Source: Cyanophora paradoxa CCMP329
Lineage: Eukaryota > Plantae > Glaucophyta
Reading direction: 5' to 3'
Assembly (NCBI GenBank): GCA_004431415.1
Contig: QPMI01000043.1
Location: forward strand, 62,001 to 126,000
Length of the DNA: 64,000 nucleotides
Made by a program: the position numbers and the translations under genes. The first letter of the stretch is position 1, and each line of letters begins with the position of its first letter. A model generated the notes under the pieces. The model did no database searches. It saw only the letters and a list, made by a program, of their open reading frames with translations, and was not told where the DNA came from. Below, one piece after another: positions 12,693-26,233 of the stretch.

Positions 12693-15600
12693 TCAGTTGT
12701 CCAGGTCCTCCCAGTCCCCCTGGTCCTGGTCCCAGCCGTCCGCTGGTGCGGGGGCGGGGGCGGCCTGCTTGCTCGCCGGCGCCCGCGCGGCGTGTACGTG
12801 GGCGTGCCGGTGCGGCCGCCCGTACTCCACGTCCTCCCCCTCCTCCTCGTCGTCGGGCTGCACGGCGGGGGCCCGCCCCCGCCCCGCCCCCGCCCCGTAG
12901 CCCGCCCCGCCCCCGCCGCCGCCGCCGCCGCCGTAGCCGCCGGCGCTGGAGCCCGCCGAGCCGAAGCCCGTCGGGCCGCCGCCGCCGCCGCCGCCGGCGC
13001 CGCCGGGCGGGGCGCCTCTCCTGCGGAGGCGGTAGACGCCGCCGGAGACGGCGAGGAGAGCGGCGACGACGAGCCAGCTGCCGCCGCCGAGGAGCCGCGC
13101 AGGGCCGCCGTAGCCACGGCGGCGGGAGCGGGGCACGGGCGGGCCGCCCTCCTCGTCCCCGAGCGCGCCGCCCGAGGCGAAGGGGGCCTCGAGGGCGCCC
13201 TCGCCGCCGGCCTCGTCCTCCACGTCGTAGCGCGGGCGCGTGCCCCGAGGCGCGCCCCGGCGCCCCGACGGGGAGCTCGAGGTCGGAGCCGCCGCCGCCG
13301 AGGCGGGAGGCGGCGGGGTTCCAGCGCGCGGTCTCCACGCCGGCCTCGCGGCCCCGCAGCGGCGTCGCCAGGTCGTCCTCCCTCACCGGCAGCCGCTCCC
13401 GCTCGAGCGAGCCCCCACGCAGGAGCCCGCCCGCCCCGCCCGCCCGCCCCCGAACCGCGGCGCCCCGCCCGCCGCCAGGCCGCCGCCCGCCCCTGCGCCC
13501 GCCCCGGCGCCGAGGCCGCCGCTCCTGCCGGCGCCGAGGCCCCGCCCAGGGACTGCTGCCGGCCGCCGAGCCCCGTGCCACCGCCCACGCCGGCGCCACC
13601 GCCGACGCCGCCGCCGGCCTTGACGCCACCGCTGCCGCCGACGCCGACGCCGCCGCCGGCCTTGACGCCGCCGACGCCGACGCCGACGCTGCTGGCGCCG
13701 CCGACGCCGGGGCGACGCGGAGTGGCGGCGAAGGCGCTCTCCTCCTCTGCTGGAGGCTCCTCATCCTGCGCGCCGCCCGCGCCGCCCTCGCCGCCGGCAT
13801 CGCTGCCGCCCGCCGCGGCCTCGTCCGCGCCGCCCTCGCCGCCTGCCGAAGCGCCGCCGTCCGCCTCCGCGTCGCCGCCCGCCGCGGCGCCCTCCGCATC
13901 GCCGCCGGCGTCGGTCCCGTCGGGCGGCGCCTCGCCCTCGCCCTCCGCCCCGGCGCCAGCCTCGCCCTCGCCGGCCCCCTGCTCGCCTCCTCCGTGCCGC
14001 CGGCCGCAGCCTCCGCCCGTCCGTCGCCTCCGTCCCTCGGCGCCCTCCGTCGCGCCCTCGCCGCCCTCGGCCGCCTCCGCGCCCTCCGCCGCCGCGCCAT
14101 CGGCGTCGGCGCCCTCCGCCGCCGCGCCGGCGCCGGCGCCGTCGTCGGCACCTGCGCCGGCTGCGGGCAGCGGCGGCCGCTCGTCCGCGTCCTCGAAGTT
14201 GCCCAGGCGCGGCTGCTGCGGCTTCGCCGCCTCCTTCCCGCCCGCCGCCCCGCCCCGCCCTTCTCCTCCTTCGGCGCCCCCTCCGCCGCCTTGCCGCCCG
14301 CCGCCGCGCCCTTGTCGCCGGCCTTGCCGGCGCCCGGGGCGGGCTCCTTGTCGCCCGGGGCGCCCCCCTTGCCGCCCACGGCGCCGGCCTTGCCGTCCTT
14401 GTCCGACGCAGCCTTGCCCTTTCCGGCCGCCGCCGCCTTGTCCTTGTCCTTCTCCCCAGCCGCCGCCTTGTCGGACGAAGCTGCCGCCTTGTCAGAAGCC
14501 GCCGCCGCCTTGTCGGATCCAGCTGCCGCCTTGTCGGAGGCTGCCGCCTTGTCGGACCCCGCCGCTGCCTTGTCGGATGCCGCCCCGGCCTTGTCCGCCT
14601 TGCCAGAGGAGGCGGCCGCTTTGCCGGGCGCCGGCGCGGCCTTGTCCGGGGCGGGGGCCTTGTCGGTGCCGGCCGCCGCCTTGTCCGTGGCGGCCGAGGC
14701 ACCCTTGTCGGCGGCGGCGACCGCCTTGTCGCTGCCGGGCGCCTTGTCCGAGGCGGGGGCGGCCTTGTCGGCGGGGGCGGCCGTCTCCGGGGCGGCCGCC
14801 TTGGTCGCCTTCCCCGTCGCGTTCGCCTCGGCGCCCTTCTCGGAGCCCTGCGGGGCCGCCCCCTGCGCCCCGCCTGCCTTCTCCTCCACGGCGCCCGTCT
14901 GGTTCGCTGCGGCGCGGGTCAGGGGAGGCCGCGGCGGGGCCGGCGGGGAGCACGGACCGGGGGCGGCGGCGTCGGCGAGGGCGGCGAGGAGCTCGAGGAG
15001 GGCGCGGGCGGCGCGGCGGGCCTCCCGCCGGCGCGTCCCGCGCCCCGCGTTCGCCGCCGCGAAGTCGCACGCGCTCGCCGGCTTCCCGTTCGCCGCCCGC
15101 CGCGCCACCGCCGCCTCTACCTCCGCCGCCGACGGGGCGCCCTTGCCGGCAGCCGCCGCGCCCGCAGAGGGAACCACGGTGGGCGCCGCGGGCGGCTTGG
15201 CGGGCTCGCTGGCGGGGCGAGGGTGAGGGAGAGGGTGAGGCCCGCCTCGGGGGCCCGCGCCGCCGGCCCCGCAGCCGCCGGCTTGGCCTCGGCGTCGCGG
15301 AGGGCGAGGCCGGCCTTGCTGAGGGCGGCGCGGAGGGCGGCGGCGAGGGCGGGGTCGGCGCCGGCGCCCTCCACGAGGGCCACGCCGGCGGCGGCGCCGG
15401 GGCGCAGCTCGACGACGACGGCCACCTTGTGCTCCTCCACCAGCTTCTGCACCGCCGCCTCCGCCTTGCGCGCCTCCTCCTCCGCCGCCGCCTTCCCCTC
15501 CGCAGGGAGCGCCTCTGCCCGCCCGCTGGTCACGCGGCGCCGAGGGCGCGGAGCGGGCGGGCGGGGCGGGGCTGGGGGCGCGGACCGGAGCAGAGGAGGC

Positions 15601-18600
15601 CCTGCTTCTCGGCGAGGGCGGCGCGGGAGCGGGGCAGCAGGAGGGGCGAGAAGTGGAGGTCGAGGGCGGCGGCGATGCGGCCCATGGCGCCGGCCTGGAG
15701 CGCCACGGCCTCCTCCTTCCCGCACTCCGCCTCCCCGCCTTCTCGGGCCCCGCCCAGAGCAGCGCGCGGCGGGCGCCGGCGAAGGCCCCGCCCCCGGTGG
15801 AGCGGGCCGAGCCCTTGGCGCGCCCCGCCTGCTGCCCGCGCGCCTCCGCGCCCTCCTCCTGCGCCCCGCCGCGGCCCCGGCCCACGGCTCCTCGTCCGCC
15901 CCGTCCTGTGCGCCGCGCTTGCCCTTGGCGTCGCCCCCGCGGCGCGCGCCCTGGCCGCGGCCTTGCCGGCCCCCGGGAGGAGCCGGCGGAGGACGAGTCG
16001 CCGGCCGCCGCGCCGCCGCTGCCGCTGCCGTCGCCGAGCGAGTCCGAGCCGCCGAGGCCTGCCGGGGGTCAGCGTGCGGCAGGGGCGCGGCGGGGGCGGG
16101 GCGGAGAGGGGCGCACGGCCCCGCTGGAGGTAGCTGGAGAGGCCGCCCGAGGTCGCGTCGCCTGCGCGCGGGGGGCGTGAGGCCGCGGGGCGCGGGGCGG
16201 GGCGGGAAGCGGGGGGCGGCGGACCGTCGCGGGGGCGGGATGAGGAGGAGGAGGCGGAGGCGGGGTCGTCGAAGCCGCCGGAGGCGACCTCCTCCTTATA
16301 GCGCCCGAAGCCCGAGCCGGCGGTGGAGGAGGCGGAGGAGGAAGAGGAGGAGGAGGCGGGGCCGGCGCCCGGGCGGAGGCTGCCGCGGGTGGCGCCGGCG
16401 GCCGATGACGAGGCCGACGAGGATGCGGAGGACGGGGAGGAGAAGGAGCGGTCCAGGCCGCCGCCGCTGCGCTCCAGGCCACCGTTCGAGAGGCTCCCGC
16501 CCGTGCGGTCCAGGCCCGAGCCGGCGAGGCCGTTGCCGGCGCGGTCCAGGTTGCTCGAGCGGTCGAGCCCGCCGGAGAGCCCGGAGCCGGAGCGCTCAAG
16601 GCTGCTTGACAGGCCAGAGCCGGAGCGGTCGAGGCTGCTTGACAGGCCAGAGCCGGAGCGGTCGAGGCTGCTTGACAGGCCAGAGCCGGAGCGGTCAAGG
16701 CTGCCACCAGAGAGGCTGGAGCTGGAGCGATCGAGGGCGCCGCCCGAGAGCCCGCTGCTGGAGCGGTCGAGCCCGCCGGAGAGGCCAGCGCCCGAGCGGT
16801 CCAAGCCGCTGCCAGAGCGGTCCAGGGTGCTCCCCGACCGGTCGAAGCCGCCGCTGCCGGGGCGCTCGTGGCTGCTGCCAGAGAGCGCGCTGCCGGACAG
16901 GCTGCCGGCGCGGTCGAGGCCGGAGGACGGGGAGAGGCTCGAGCCGGAGCGGTCGAGGCTGCCGCCCGAGAGGCCGGAGCCGGGGCGTTCGAGGCCCCCG
17001 CCGGAGAGGAGGGAGCCGGAGCGGTCGAGGCCGGCGCCGCTGCCGCCGCGGTCGAGGCCCGAGGAGGCGCCGTCGTCGGAGAAGCGGCTGAAGCCCGACG
17101 CGGAGCCGCCGGCCGCGCCGTCCGACGCGGAGCGGAGCGGGCCGGGGCGGGAGGGGGCGGCGCGCGAGGCCCCGTCGAGGGGCAACAAGGGCGCGTCCTC
17201 GTACCCCCCGAAGCCCAGGGAGCCCGAGGAGGAGGCGGGGGCGGAGGGGCCGCCGAGGCGCGAGCCGAGGGCGCCCCCGGAGCCCCCGGAGGTGCCCGAG
17301 GAGGAGGAGGAGGAGGGGCCGTCCACGCCGCCGCTCCCCGCCTCCTCCCCGAAGCGCCCGTAGGAGGAGGAGGAGGAGGAGGCCGGGGACGAGGACGAGC
17401 CGCGCAGGCCGCCGGCGCCCCCGCGGGGCGGCGCGGCCTCCGCCGCCTCCGGCACCGCCGCCGCGGCCGGGCCCGAGCCGGAGCGCCCGCCGCGCAGGCC
17501 CGACGCGCTGCCGCCCGCCGCACTCCCCGCCCGACCGCCCCTCGAGGCGGCCGCGGGGCCGCCGGCTGCTGCGCCGCCGGCCTGCGCGCGGCCGTGGCCG
17601 GCGGCGCCGTCAGCGGGGGAGCCCTTGCCGCCCTTGCCCTTGGCGGAGGCGGCGGCGGCGGCGGGGCCGGAGGCGGCGCGGCCGGGGCGCATGTCGAAGC
17701 GGGAGTTGGCGGCGGGGGCCGGCTCCTGCGCCGCGGGGCGCCCGAAAGGCTCGAAGAGCGAGCCGCTCCCGCCCCGGGGGCTGACGTCACGGGGTCGGAG
17801 TCCCTCGCACCGCCCCGCGCCCCCGTCCGCCCCCGCTTCTCCTGCTCGCCGTACCGCCGCCCGCCCGGCGCCGTCTCCTCCTCCGCCGCCTCCTCCGCCG
17901 GCGCCGCTGGCCGGCCGCCGGCCCCGCGCGAGCCGCCCAGGCGCCCCGGCCGCCGCCGGCCGCCGCCGCCTCCTCGTCGGCGTTGTCGCCACGGCCCCGG
18001 GCGGGGCGCGCCCCCGAGCGGCCGCCGGCGAGCCTCTCGTCGGCCGAGTCGCGGCCGGAGCCGGAGCCGGAGCCGGAGCGCGGGTTGGAGACCCAAGGGA
18101 GCGGAGAGGAGGGGACCTCCTCCTCCTCGGAGCCGGCGCCGGCCCCAAGGTCCTCCTCGGGGGCGTCCCGCCAGGAGCCGCCGCCCGCCGCCTCCTCCTC
18201 CTGCTCCGCGTCGCCGGCGCCCGACGCCGGGGCCGGCCGCTCGCCGGGCCGCTTCCCCAGCGTGCGCTTGGCGCGGGAGCGGCGGGAGGCGAGCAGCGCG
18301 CGGCGCGAGCGGGGGACCGCCAGCGCCTCCTCCTCGCCGTCGTCCGCGCCCTCCTCGAGCTCCTCGGTGGACTCCTCGCCCTCCCCGTCGCCTTCCGCGG
18401 CAGCCGCGACGCCCGCCGCCTCCTCCTGCTCCTCGTCCTCGTCTGCGTCGAGGAGGGCGCGGCCGGCGCGGCCGGGGGCCCTGAGGTGCCCGGCGAGCGC
18501 CTCGATGGCGGCCAGGGCGGCGTCTGTCGAGAGCAGGTCGTTGTAGCGCGAGCCGCCCGTGACCAGCACCGGCAGCCGCCCAGCCGCCCCCGCCCCCGCC

Positions 18601-20901
18601 GCCCCCTCCTTCTTCGACGACGAGCTCAGCATCGCAGCGACGGGCGCCAGCAGCCGCCCCAGCGCCGATGTCGCCCCGGACCCCTCCGCCGGCTTCTCCT
18701 CTTTCGTCTCGGCCGCCTCCGCCGCCTCCTCCTTTGTTTCGGCGGCCTTCGCCTCCTCCTTCCCGCCGGCGGCCTTCGAGTCGTCCTTCCCGCCGGCCGC
18801 AGCCGCCTTGGGCTTAGCCGGCGAAGCCGCCTTCTCGCCCGCCTTGCCGGCGCCGCCCTTCGTCGCTGCCGGGGCGCCCTTGGCGGGCGCTACCGGGGTC
18901 TTGGCGCCGCCCGTGGAGCCGCGGGTCGCGGCGAGGAGGCCGCGGGCGCGGGCGTGGGCGGGGCGGAGAGGGGAGGCGAGGGAGGCGAGGAGGAGGGGCC
19001 GGGCGCCGTCGCCCTCGACGTGGGGCACCTCGGCGGTGGCGACGAGGCCGGCGCCGGCCGCCTCCGCGATCTCCTTGAGGCGCGCCCCGGCCTCCTCCGC
19101 CGTCGCGTACGGGGCCGCCCCGCAGCCCTGCGCCGCCGGCGAGGGCGCGTAGGGGCGCAGGGGGAATCCCAGCACGTTCGCCACGAGCCAGTCGGCCATC
19201 GTCAGGAAGGACTGCGCGCGGCCGGCGTCAGAGGCGCTGCGGAAGCGGCGGCGGGCGGGCGGGCGGGCGGGCGGGCGGACCGTGGCCCACTTGTGGGCGT
19301 AGAGGCGGAACGAGTCCTGCGTCACGGGGTTGAACATGCGGAAGCAGTCGTCCTGCGAGGGAGGAAGCGTCAGGGGGCGCGCTGGGGCGGAGGGACGGCC
19401 GGGGCGGCGCCGCACGTTGTGGGCCGCCTCGTCGCCGAAGACCTCGAGGGTGTACGCGTACGGCACGCCCAGCACTGCCGCCCGCCCCGCGTCGGACACG
19501 GGCGCGGGGGGCGGAGGACAAATGGGACAGGAGGGCCCGCGCACCCTCGTACATGTAGTCGCAGGCGGTGCCGTAGGCGGTGTAGCCTGCCATGGCGCCG
19601 GCCGGCCCGGTCTTGCAGCGGCAGTGGTGCGCGTTGACGACGGCCAGCAGCTCGGAGAGCTTGCCGGCGTCCTTCGGCAGCTCCGCCCTCGAGTCGTACG
19701 GCATGTACATCTCCTCGATCCCCGAGTGCACGTTCCTGCCGCCCGCCCCCCCCGCCCCGTCACCTCCCCGTGCCCCAGCGAGCCGCCGGGGGGGCCCCGG
19801 ACGCACACGAAGATGTGCGGCTTCCACGACTTGGCGAGGTTGGAGGCCACGCGCGACTCGTACTCCGAGAAGGCCTTCTTGCCCGCGTATTCTTCTGTGT
19901 CCATCCCGTACTTGCCCTCCCCTGCGGGCGGGCTCGGGCGCGGGCGGCAGGCTGCGGGCGGCGGGGCGCGGACCCCAGCGGTAGTCGTAGTTGCGGTTCA
20001 GGTCGACGTTCTCCTTGTTCTTGCGGTTGCAGAGGTCACCCTTCTGGATAGCATCGCGAGAGTGCTTGTTCTCCACGGGGACGAGCTGCGCAGCAGTGAA
20101 TCGTACGCCGCGCCGTCCCTTCCGCCGCCCCCAGTCCCTCGCACCTTGATCTCGACGTTCTTCAGGATCTCATCCACCCAGGGCTTCAGCTCCTCTAGAG
20201 ACGCCGAAGCTGGGCCCTTGGGACCCGCGGGAACGGGCCACTGCGCGCGCGGGGCGCCGCTGAGCGCTGTGAGCGCGGGAAGGGAAAGGAAGGCGGACCT
20301 GCGTCTCCTCGGTCACGATCTCCAGGAAACGCAGAGCGATCTCAGAGGTAATCCACTCGCGGCCGTGCTCGCCGCAGATAATCAGCATGCGGATCTGCGC
20401 TTTGAATCAGCTGCGGTGCACCACGCGTTCGCTGCTGGTGCGCGCGCGCCTTCTCGCCGCCACTGGCGAGCGCCTTCTCCTGCTTGAAGTCTGTAATCGT
20501 CAGCAATTCCACAGCGGGCGCCTTCGCCGGGTCCTGGGCCTCCGGGTCCGGCACTAGCTCCCATTTGACTCGGTTGGGGTGCTTGCTGGCGAGCTCCTCG
20601 AAGCGCTTGAGCAGCTGCTCCGTAGTGTGGTAGTATGTCGTGTCAGGCTTGGCGAATGTCGCTGGATCACCCTGCAAGGCGTTCGTTTGAGCGGCACTCG
20701 GTAGGGAAGTCGCGGGCGTGGCGCGTGTAACCGCAGGTTGTCACCGCAGGTACATTTCTAGGCGTTCCCGCGCCCGCGGAGCGCGGAGGGGCGCACCGAT
20801 GCCGCAAGCGCGGTTCGCCTCCGCACGCCCCGCGCATCCGCTTGCAAGGCCGCGATAAGCAGTAAGACGAAGAGGGCCCAAGCCCTCCCGCGTTCCCGCA
20901 T
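12693..20901 (-). CDS. Signal peptide + M14 zinc carboxypeptidase + very long repeat stalk + C-terminal transmembrane helix (type I membrane protein; may be mis-joined across frameshifts)
   Basis: Signal MRERGRAWALFVLLLIAALQADARG; YHTTEQL; HxxE in GEHGREWITSE; RKNKENVDLNRNY; NVHSG; catalytic Glu in YAYTLEV. Then LDRSGSGLS and SDKAAA repeats, TM WLVVAALLAVSGGVY, and acidic tail WDQDQGDWEDLDN*. Confidence 0.75.
14400..14810 (-). repeat. Coding tandem repeat (S/P)DKAAA(A/G) within the M14 protein
   Basis: Recurrent plus-strand ccttgtc every ~18-24 bp, translating to ~15 DKA units on the minus strand. Confidence 0.85.
16445..17060 (-). repeat. Coding tandem repeat LDRSGSGLS(G/S) within the M14 protein, including three near-exact 33-bp copies at ~16590-16700
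   Basis: aggctgcttgacaggccagagccggagcggtc is repeated; translation is ...LDRSGSGLSSSLDRSGSGLSSSL... Confidence 0.9.
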
Positions 20902-21319
20902 CGCTGCGCCTGCTTCGCCGCCTGCAGCTGTACCCCGCCGAGGCTTACAATCCTGTACCACCCCGAGCACAATTGCGGCCGAGGACCTGGATTGGGCTGG
21001 TCGCACTCTAGACGGTTATGGACGATGGGACAGTCGCCGTGGGCCCCTTTCCGGGGCGGGGCGACACCATGTACCTGCAGAAGATCGAAAATCAGCGCCC
21101 GAAGCACGTGAGGTAGGCTAAGCCCCCTGTCGCCTCTGGATTGTTCGTTTGGCTAATTTGAGCGCGCAGGCAATCGTTGAGCCTTGAAACTGGTGCGCCG
21201 CTCGCTCTAGCTAACTTCGGCACCGAGTCGCGAAGGAGTCTGCCGCCGGGGCGGGGGCTGAGCGTGGCGCAGGGGACATCTCAGGCGCACAACCTAAGAA
21301 GAGTCTTGTGGTGGATGGG

Positions 21320-23005
21320 ATGCCTGGAAAAGGTCGGCCGCCGCCGGAAGCCCCCGAGCGCAGCTCGCCCATGCGGCTCCACCCCACGGTCGTCAACCGG
21401 CCGGTGCGACGCGCCGCTCTTCTTTCGCCTCGCGGCCGCTCGTCGTCGCCTCCTGAGCAGCGGCGGCGCGGCGCGCAGTCATATATCAACGTGAACGAGG
21501 ACATCGAGGGGACGAAGCCGTTCAACAAGAAGGCGCTGAGGACGAACAGGCACATCGACCCGCTCCAGCCCGAGTACAAGGTCCGCCCCCGCGTGGCGGG
21601 CCGCCGGCGCCGGTCGGCGCGGCGGCGGCCCTGGGTGAGCGGGCGGGGCGGGGCGCGCAGCTGCCCTCGGCGCCGCCGGTCGTGCCGCCGGAGGTCCCCC
21701 AGCGGCGGATCACGAACCAGTGCGCCCCGCCGCCCGCCGGCCCGCCGCGGGGCCCGCGCGCTCAGCGCCTCCCTCGTGGCGCAGGCTGGACGACATGCCC
21801 CTCTCGCACCCCAAGGCCCTCGTGCCCCGCACGCCGCCCCGCGACATCATGAACGTCGCCGGTGCGCGCGCCCGCCGCCCCGCCCGCCGTCCGCCGCCCC
21901 GTGCCCCCTCGAGCCGTGGAGGGCGCGCAGACATCGTGGGGGAGCCGAAGCGGGCGCGCTGGAGCAGCGGGAGCGGGCTGGACGTCAGCGACATCGTCAA
22001 CCAGGAGTTCAAGACCGCGGTGCGGCCCGCGCCGTCGGGCAGCTAGCAGCCCCCGCCCCTCCGCGCCGGCTCACGCGCACCCCGCACTCCAGCGCGTGCT
22101 GAACATCATGAGCCCGCGCTACTGCTACGACGTGCCGGCGGCGGTCGAGCCGGCCGAGTGGGAGATCGGGGAGATCGAGAAGAACCACCCGCGGAAGCTG
22201 AAGCCCGGGCACCCGCCGCCCTTCCTCCCCCTCCACACGGCGGACATCGACGGCTGCGCGCCCGACACGGGCCTCAAGAAGGCCCAGGAGGAGTTCGCCA
22301 ACGGGGTGCGCCGCCGCCACTTCCGCAACACCAACTTCCTGGGGGACATCCGGGGCACGCACCCCTCCGACCGCCGGCCCTTCTCCAAGCGCTGCACCAA
22401 CCCCCTCGACCCCGCGTACCCCCTCCTCGACGAGCGGCCCCGCGAGCGCCGCACCCCCCAGGCCCTCTCCACCATCCGCGAGTCGGGCGGCGCCTCGGAG
22501 CCGCGCGCCGCCTCGGCCCCGGCGGCGGGGGCGGGGGCGGAGGCGGGGGCGGAGGCGGCTCGGTACCACGAGCCGGAGGTGCTGCAGATCGAGCGGCCGC
22601 CCTCGGGCGGGCCCGCCGGGAACGCGCCCCCGACGCCCGACATCGAGATGCACGTCCCCAGCTTCTCCACCCACCCGGGCGGCGGCGGCGGCGGCGGCCT
22701 GGGCGTCTCCTTCAAGCCCCCGACGCCCCTCAAGCCCCGACGCCCATCCGGGGCCCCACGCCGCCCGGCAAGCCCCCGACGGCGCCGCCGCAGGCCGGCA
22801 AGCCCCGACGCCGGCGCCGGCCGGGGGCAAGCCCCCGACGCCGGGGTACGGGAAGCCGGCGTCGGCGGGGGGCCAGGGGCAGGGGAAGCCGGCGACGCCC
22901 AAGGCGGGGACGCCCGGGGGCAAGCCCGGGAGCCGCCGGGGCTCGGGCATCGTGGACGACCTGCGCGCCGAGATCGCCGCCGTCCGCGCCCTCCCCGACT
23001 TCTAG
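21320..23005 (+). CDS. Protein with repeated DIxG...RxT(N/D)PLxPxY motifs (possible ciliary/microtubule-associated repeat protein)
   Basis: NEDIEGTKP...RTNRHIDPLQPEY; TADIDGCAP; LGDIRGTHP...RCTNPLDPAY; ends DLRAEIAAVRALPDF*. Function is inferred only. Confidence 0.55.
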
Positions 23006-23204
23006 CGCCCCGGCCCAGCCTCGCCCGCCTCCCGCGCTCCCCCGCCCACCCCTCCCCGCCCGGGGCCCCAGTCGCCCCCTGCATGCATGTAGCGTAGTAC
23101 TAGCAGCATCAGAGCCTTTGCAAGGTTTGTTTCGTAATCACATAAACTACTCGAGGACGGCCTGTGAGCGCGCTCTGCTCCCTGGGGCTGGAGCCTGGCG
23201 GGGT

Positions 23205-25602
23205 CTAGCGCCCGGCGCCGCCGTAGATCTCCTGGCCGCCGGCGGCGGCCGCCGCCTCCCGGATCTCGTCGTCCAGGGTCCGCCTGGTCATGAGCACGGT
23301 GAGCGGGACCAAAAGAGGCGGGGGGGCGGGCAGGGGACCGGGAGGTGATGTCGCGGGCGGTGGCGAGGCGGGCCTCGACGGCGGCGATCTGCTCGGGGGA
23401 GTAGCGGTCGACGAGGCGGTCGGCCGCCTCGTGCTCCTTCGCCTCCGCAACGTGCAGCAGGATGCAGTTCCTCGCCCCGAACGGCCGCCGCTTGTCCCAC
23501 ACCGTCACGTACAGCGGGTACCGGTCCCCTGCGCCAGCGGCAGCCTCTGTGGGCACGGAGGGGCTGCCGGGGGGGCGCCCGCGCACCGGAGAAGGGGCTC
23601 ATGCCGCGCCAGACCTTCTCGACCATGTACTCGACGCTGCGGCGCGTGAGGGCAGGGGCGGGGCGCGAGGGGCGCGGGAGGGGGGGCGGGGCGCGCTCGT
23701 AGAGGTCCACGTGGGGGAGCTCCCAGCGCGGGTTCTGCACCAGGTGCTGCTTTCGCTCCCGCGGCTTCTTCGGCTCCTCGTTCTCCCCCGCCGCGCACGT
23801 CTGCCCCCGCCGCCTCGGGCCGGGGGCGGGGGCCGGGCAGGGCTGGCGGGCGCGCACGCGGGCGACGCAGCCGGGGGCGATGAGGCCCTTCTCCTCCAGC
23901 CGCTTCATGCACCGGATGTACACTGCCGCCCCGCCCTGCTCGCGAGCGGGCCCGCCAGCCGGCGACCGGCTCCGGGCGCGCGGGGCGGCGGCGCACGGGA
24001 CTCGCGGTTCGAGTGGGGCGTCTCGGGGTCCATAGGGAAGCCGGCGACTGGCGGGGGCCGGCGGGCCGGCTTGCAATGAAGCGGCGGGCACGGGGGGCGG
24101 GGGCGCACTGTCGGTGAGGAGGACGCTCGCGCAGGCGTTGCCGAAGATGGCCGGCATGCAGCCTGCGGCGCGTTCAGAGAGCTCCGGCGCGCAGGGGCCG
24201 CCGGCCGGGCGCGGCGGGGCGCGGGCGGACCGAAGACGGGCATGATTCCCGTGCGGAAGCGCTGGCGGAACATGGCAGAGTGCGGGTCGTGGCGCGCCTG
24301 CGGCTGCGGCACGAGCCGCGCCTTCGACTGCTCCGTCGAGTAGACCACTGCGCGAGGGTGAGAACGAAGCGCGCAGCAGAGCCGGAGACCGCCCTCGCAC
24401 CGCGCACGCCCTGCGTGACGCCGCTCTTCCGGAGGTGGTGCCGGATCTCCTTGGCCTGCCCCCGCCCCGTCGGGCTCCGCCGGGGGGCGAGGCGAGCAGG
24501 AGCCGGCCAGGCTACGCACGAGGAGACCCTTGGCTTCAGAAATGTCGCCCAGCCGTACGCGCGTCGGGTCGCAGTTGCCGCCCGCACCCATCGACGAGAT
24601 CAGCTGCGGGCGGGGGTCGGCGTCCCGCGGCGCGGCGCGCGGGCGCCCCGCCGCGCCTTGATCCCGTTCTTCTGGCAGTATGCGATGAGGAGGCACTTCG
24701 TCTCGCGGTTGTCGATGTTGTCTGCGCGACGGGGCGTCAGGCGAGCCGCCCTCTCCGGCTCCAGCGGGAGCGCGGCGCGGACCAACGACGTAGTCGGGGC
24801 GGCCGGAGAGGAGCCTGTCGATGCACTCCGGGAGCAGCATCGCGTTCACCGCCTCCACCTGCGCCTCCGGGCAGCTCTTCTTCACGTACTTGCCCATCAC
24901 TGCGCGCCCGTGTCGGCGCGGCCCTCGTGCGTGCACGGGGCGGGGCGAGGCGGGCGCCGGGCGACGGGGCGGCGGGCGCACCGGTCGCCTTCGGCTGGTT
25001 GACGTCCTCCCGCGACGCGCACGCGTGCCGGTTAAGGCTGCTGAGGGTCACCGTGTCGTAGCTAGCGGCGTAGAAGTGAGCACGCGCAGCGCGGCCGCGC
25101 TTGGCGGGCAGCGCACTCGATGAGCCGCAGGCGCCCCACGCCGCTCCGAGCAAGCACTGCGCGCCGCAATCAGCTCGCAGCGCCCCTGCGCCAGGCGCCC
25201 GCACGCACTGATCGCCGTGTGGCTGCCGACCTGCGGGGCGGGGTCAGCCGTCGCGCGGCGGGCCTGTGAGTGCGCCGCTCACCCCTCCGAGCCCCACAAC
25301 GACGACGAAGGACTGGCGGATCTTCTCGAACCCCTTCTCGCCAAAGAACAGGCGCTGCGCGGTCGCGATTAGCGCGCGACGTGCTCCGCGCGGCACAGAG
25401 CCCGCACCGTGCGGTTGTGGCGCTCGAGAGCCTCGTCGTCGAGCGGAGGCAGCTCCGGCCGCTGTGGCAAGTTCGAAAGGCGCAGCTCCGAGGCCTCGCG
25501 GGCCCGCAGGCCTGCCTGCTTCGCTGCCTCATCGTTGAGGTGCGAACGGAGCCATGCGAACCCGGCCCAGATCGCTATGGAGACGAGAAAGGGATCGGCC
25601 AT
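23205..25602 (-). CDS. TCD1: ThiF/E1-like tRNA threonylcarbamoyladenosine dehydratase (TcdA/yeast Tcd1-Tcd2 family) with N-terminal TM
   Basis: FFGEKGFEKIRQSFVVVVGLGG|VGSHTAIMLARSGVGRLRLIDYDTVTLSSLNRHA; DYVVDNIDN..TKCLL; ISSMGAGGNCDPTRVRLGDISE; VVYSTE; GIMPVFG|CMPAIFGNA. Confidence 0.85.
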
Positions 25603-26233
25603 CAAAGGAGCCCCAGAAGGATTCGAAGAGCGGGCGAACAAGGTCGGCAGTCAGTGCCAGCTAGCTTGCAGTGCTTGTGACGCCTGGCATACAATCAGCG
25701 ATCTCGCGAGGACCAGCTAGCTAGAGTTTAGCTGTAGGACCAATCGCTAAGCTGGGTAACTCCACGAGCGCGCAGGAGCGTGCGCCGGCTCACCCGCGGC
25801 CTCCAGCTGCGTTGCGCTCGTATCCACCGCCTCCGTTAGCGTCCCCACCGGTTAGCGTCGCTCGTGGATAGCGCTGCGCTGCCGCCTGCCAGACCTCCGA
25901 GGCTCACACTGCCATGGCCATGGCCAGCTGATCATGAACGTTGACGTTGACGCACGCGTGCAGAGTGGCGCCCCGGCGATGAGCGCCGGAGACGAGGGCG
26001 TCTGGCCGCACCGAAAGCTGCCGGAGCCTGAGTGGGCGCGTAAGGGGCCGCCTGGTGCGCTCGCCTGCGCCTTCAGCCGATATGGACTCGCACTGTGACC
26101 TTGCCAAGTTGAGCTAATCCGGCCGCGCTGGCCAGGCGTGCCGTACACTGGGGATAGGCGCCCCGTACGCGTGCCAGCGCCTAGGGCCGTTCCACCCGTG
26201 CCCCGAGGAGGCCCAGATCCAAACCAGTTCCCA

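Noticed and set aside
12620-19637. Multiple overlapping 500-1100 aa ORFs on both strands
   Set aside because: These Arg/Pro/Ala/Gly-rich shadow frames arise from extreme GC content and rare stop codons. Only the minus-strand spliced M14 gene has recognisable motifs.
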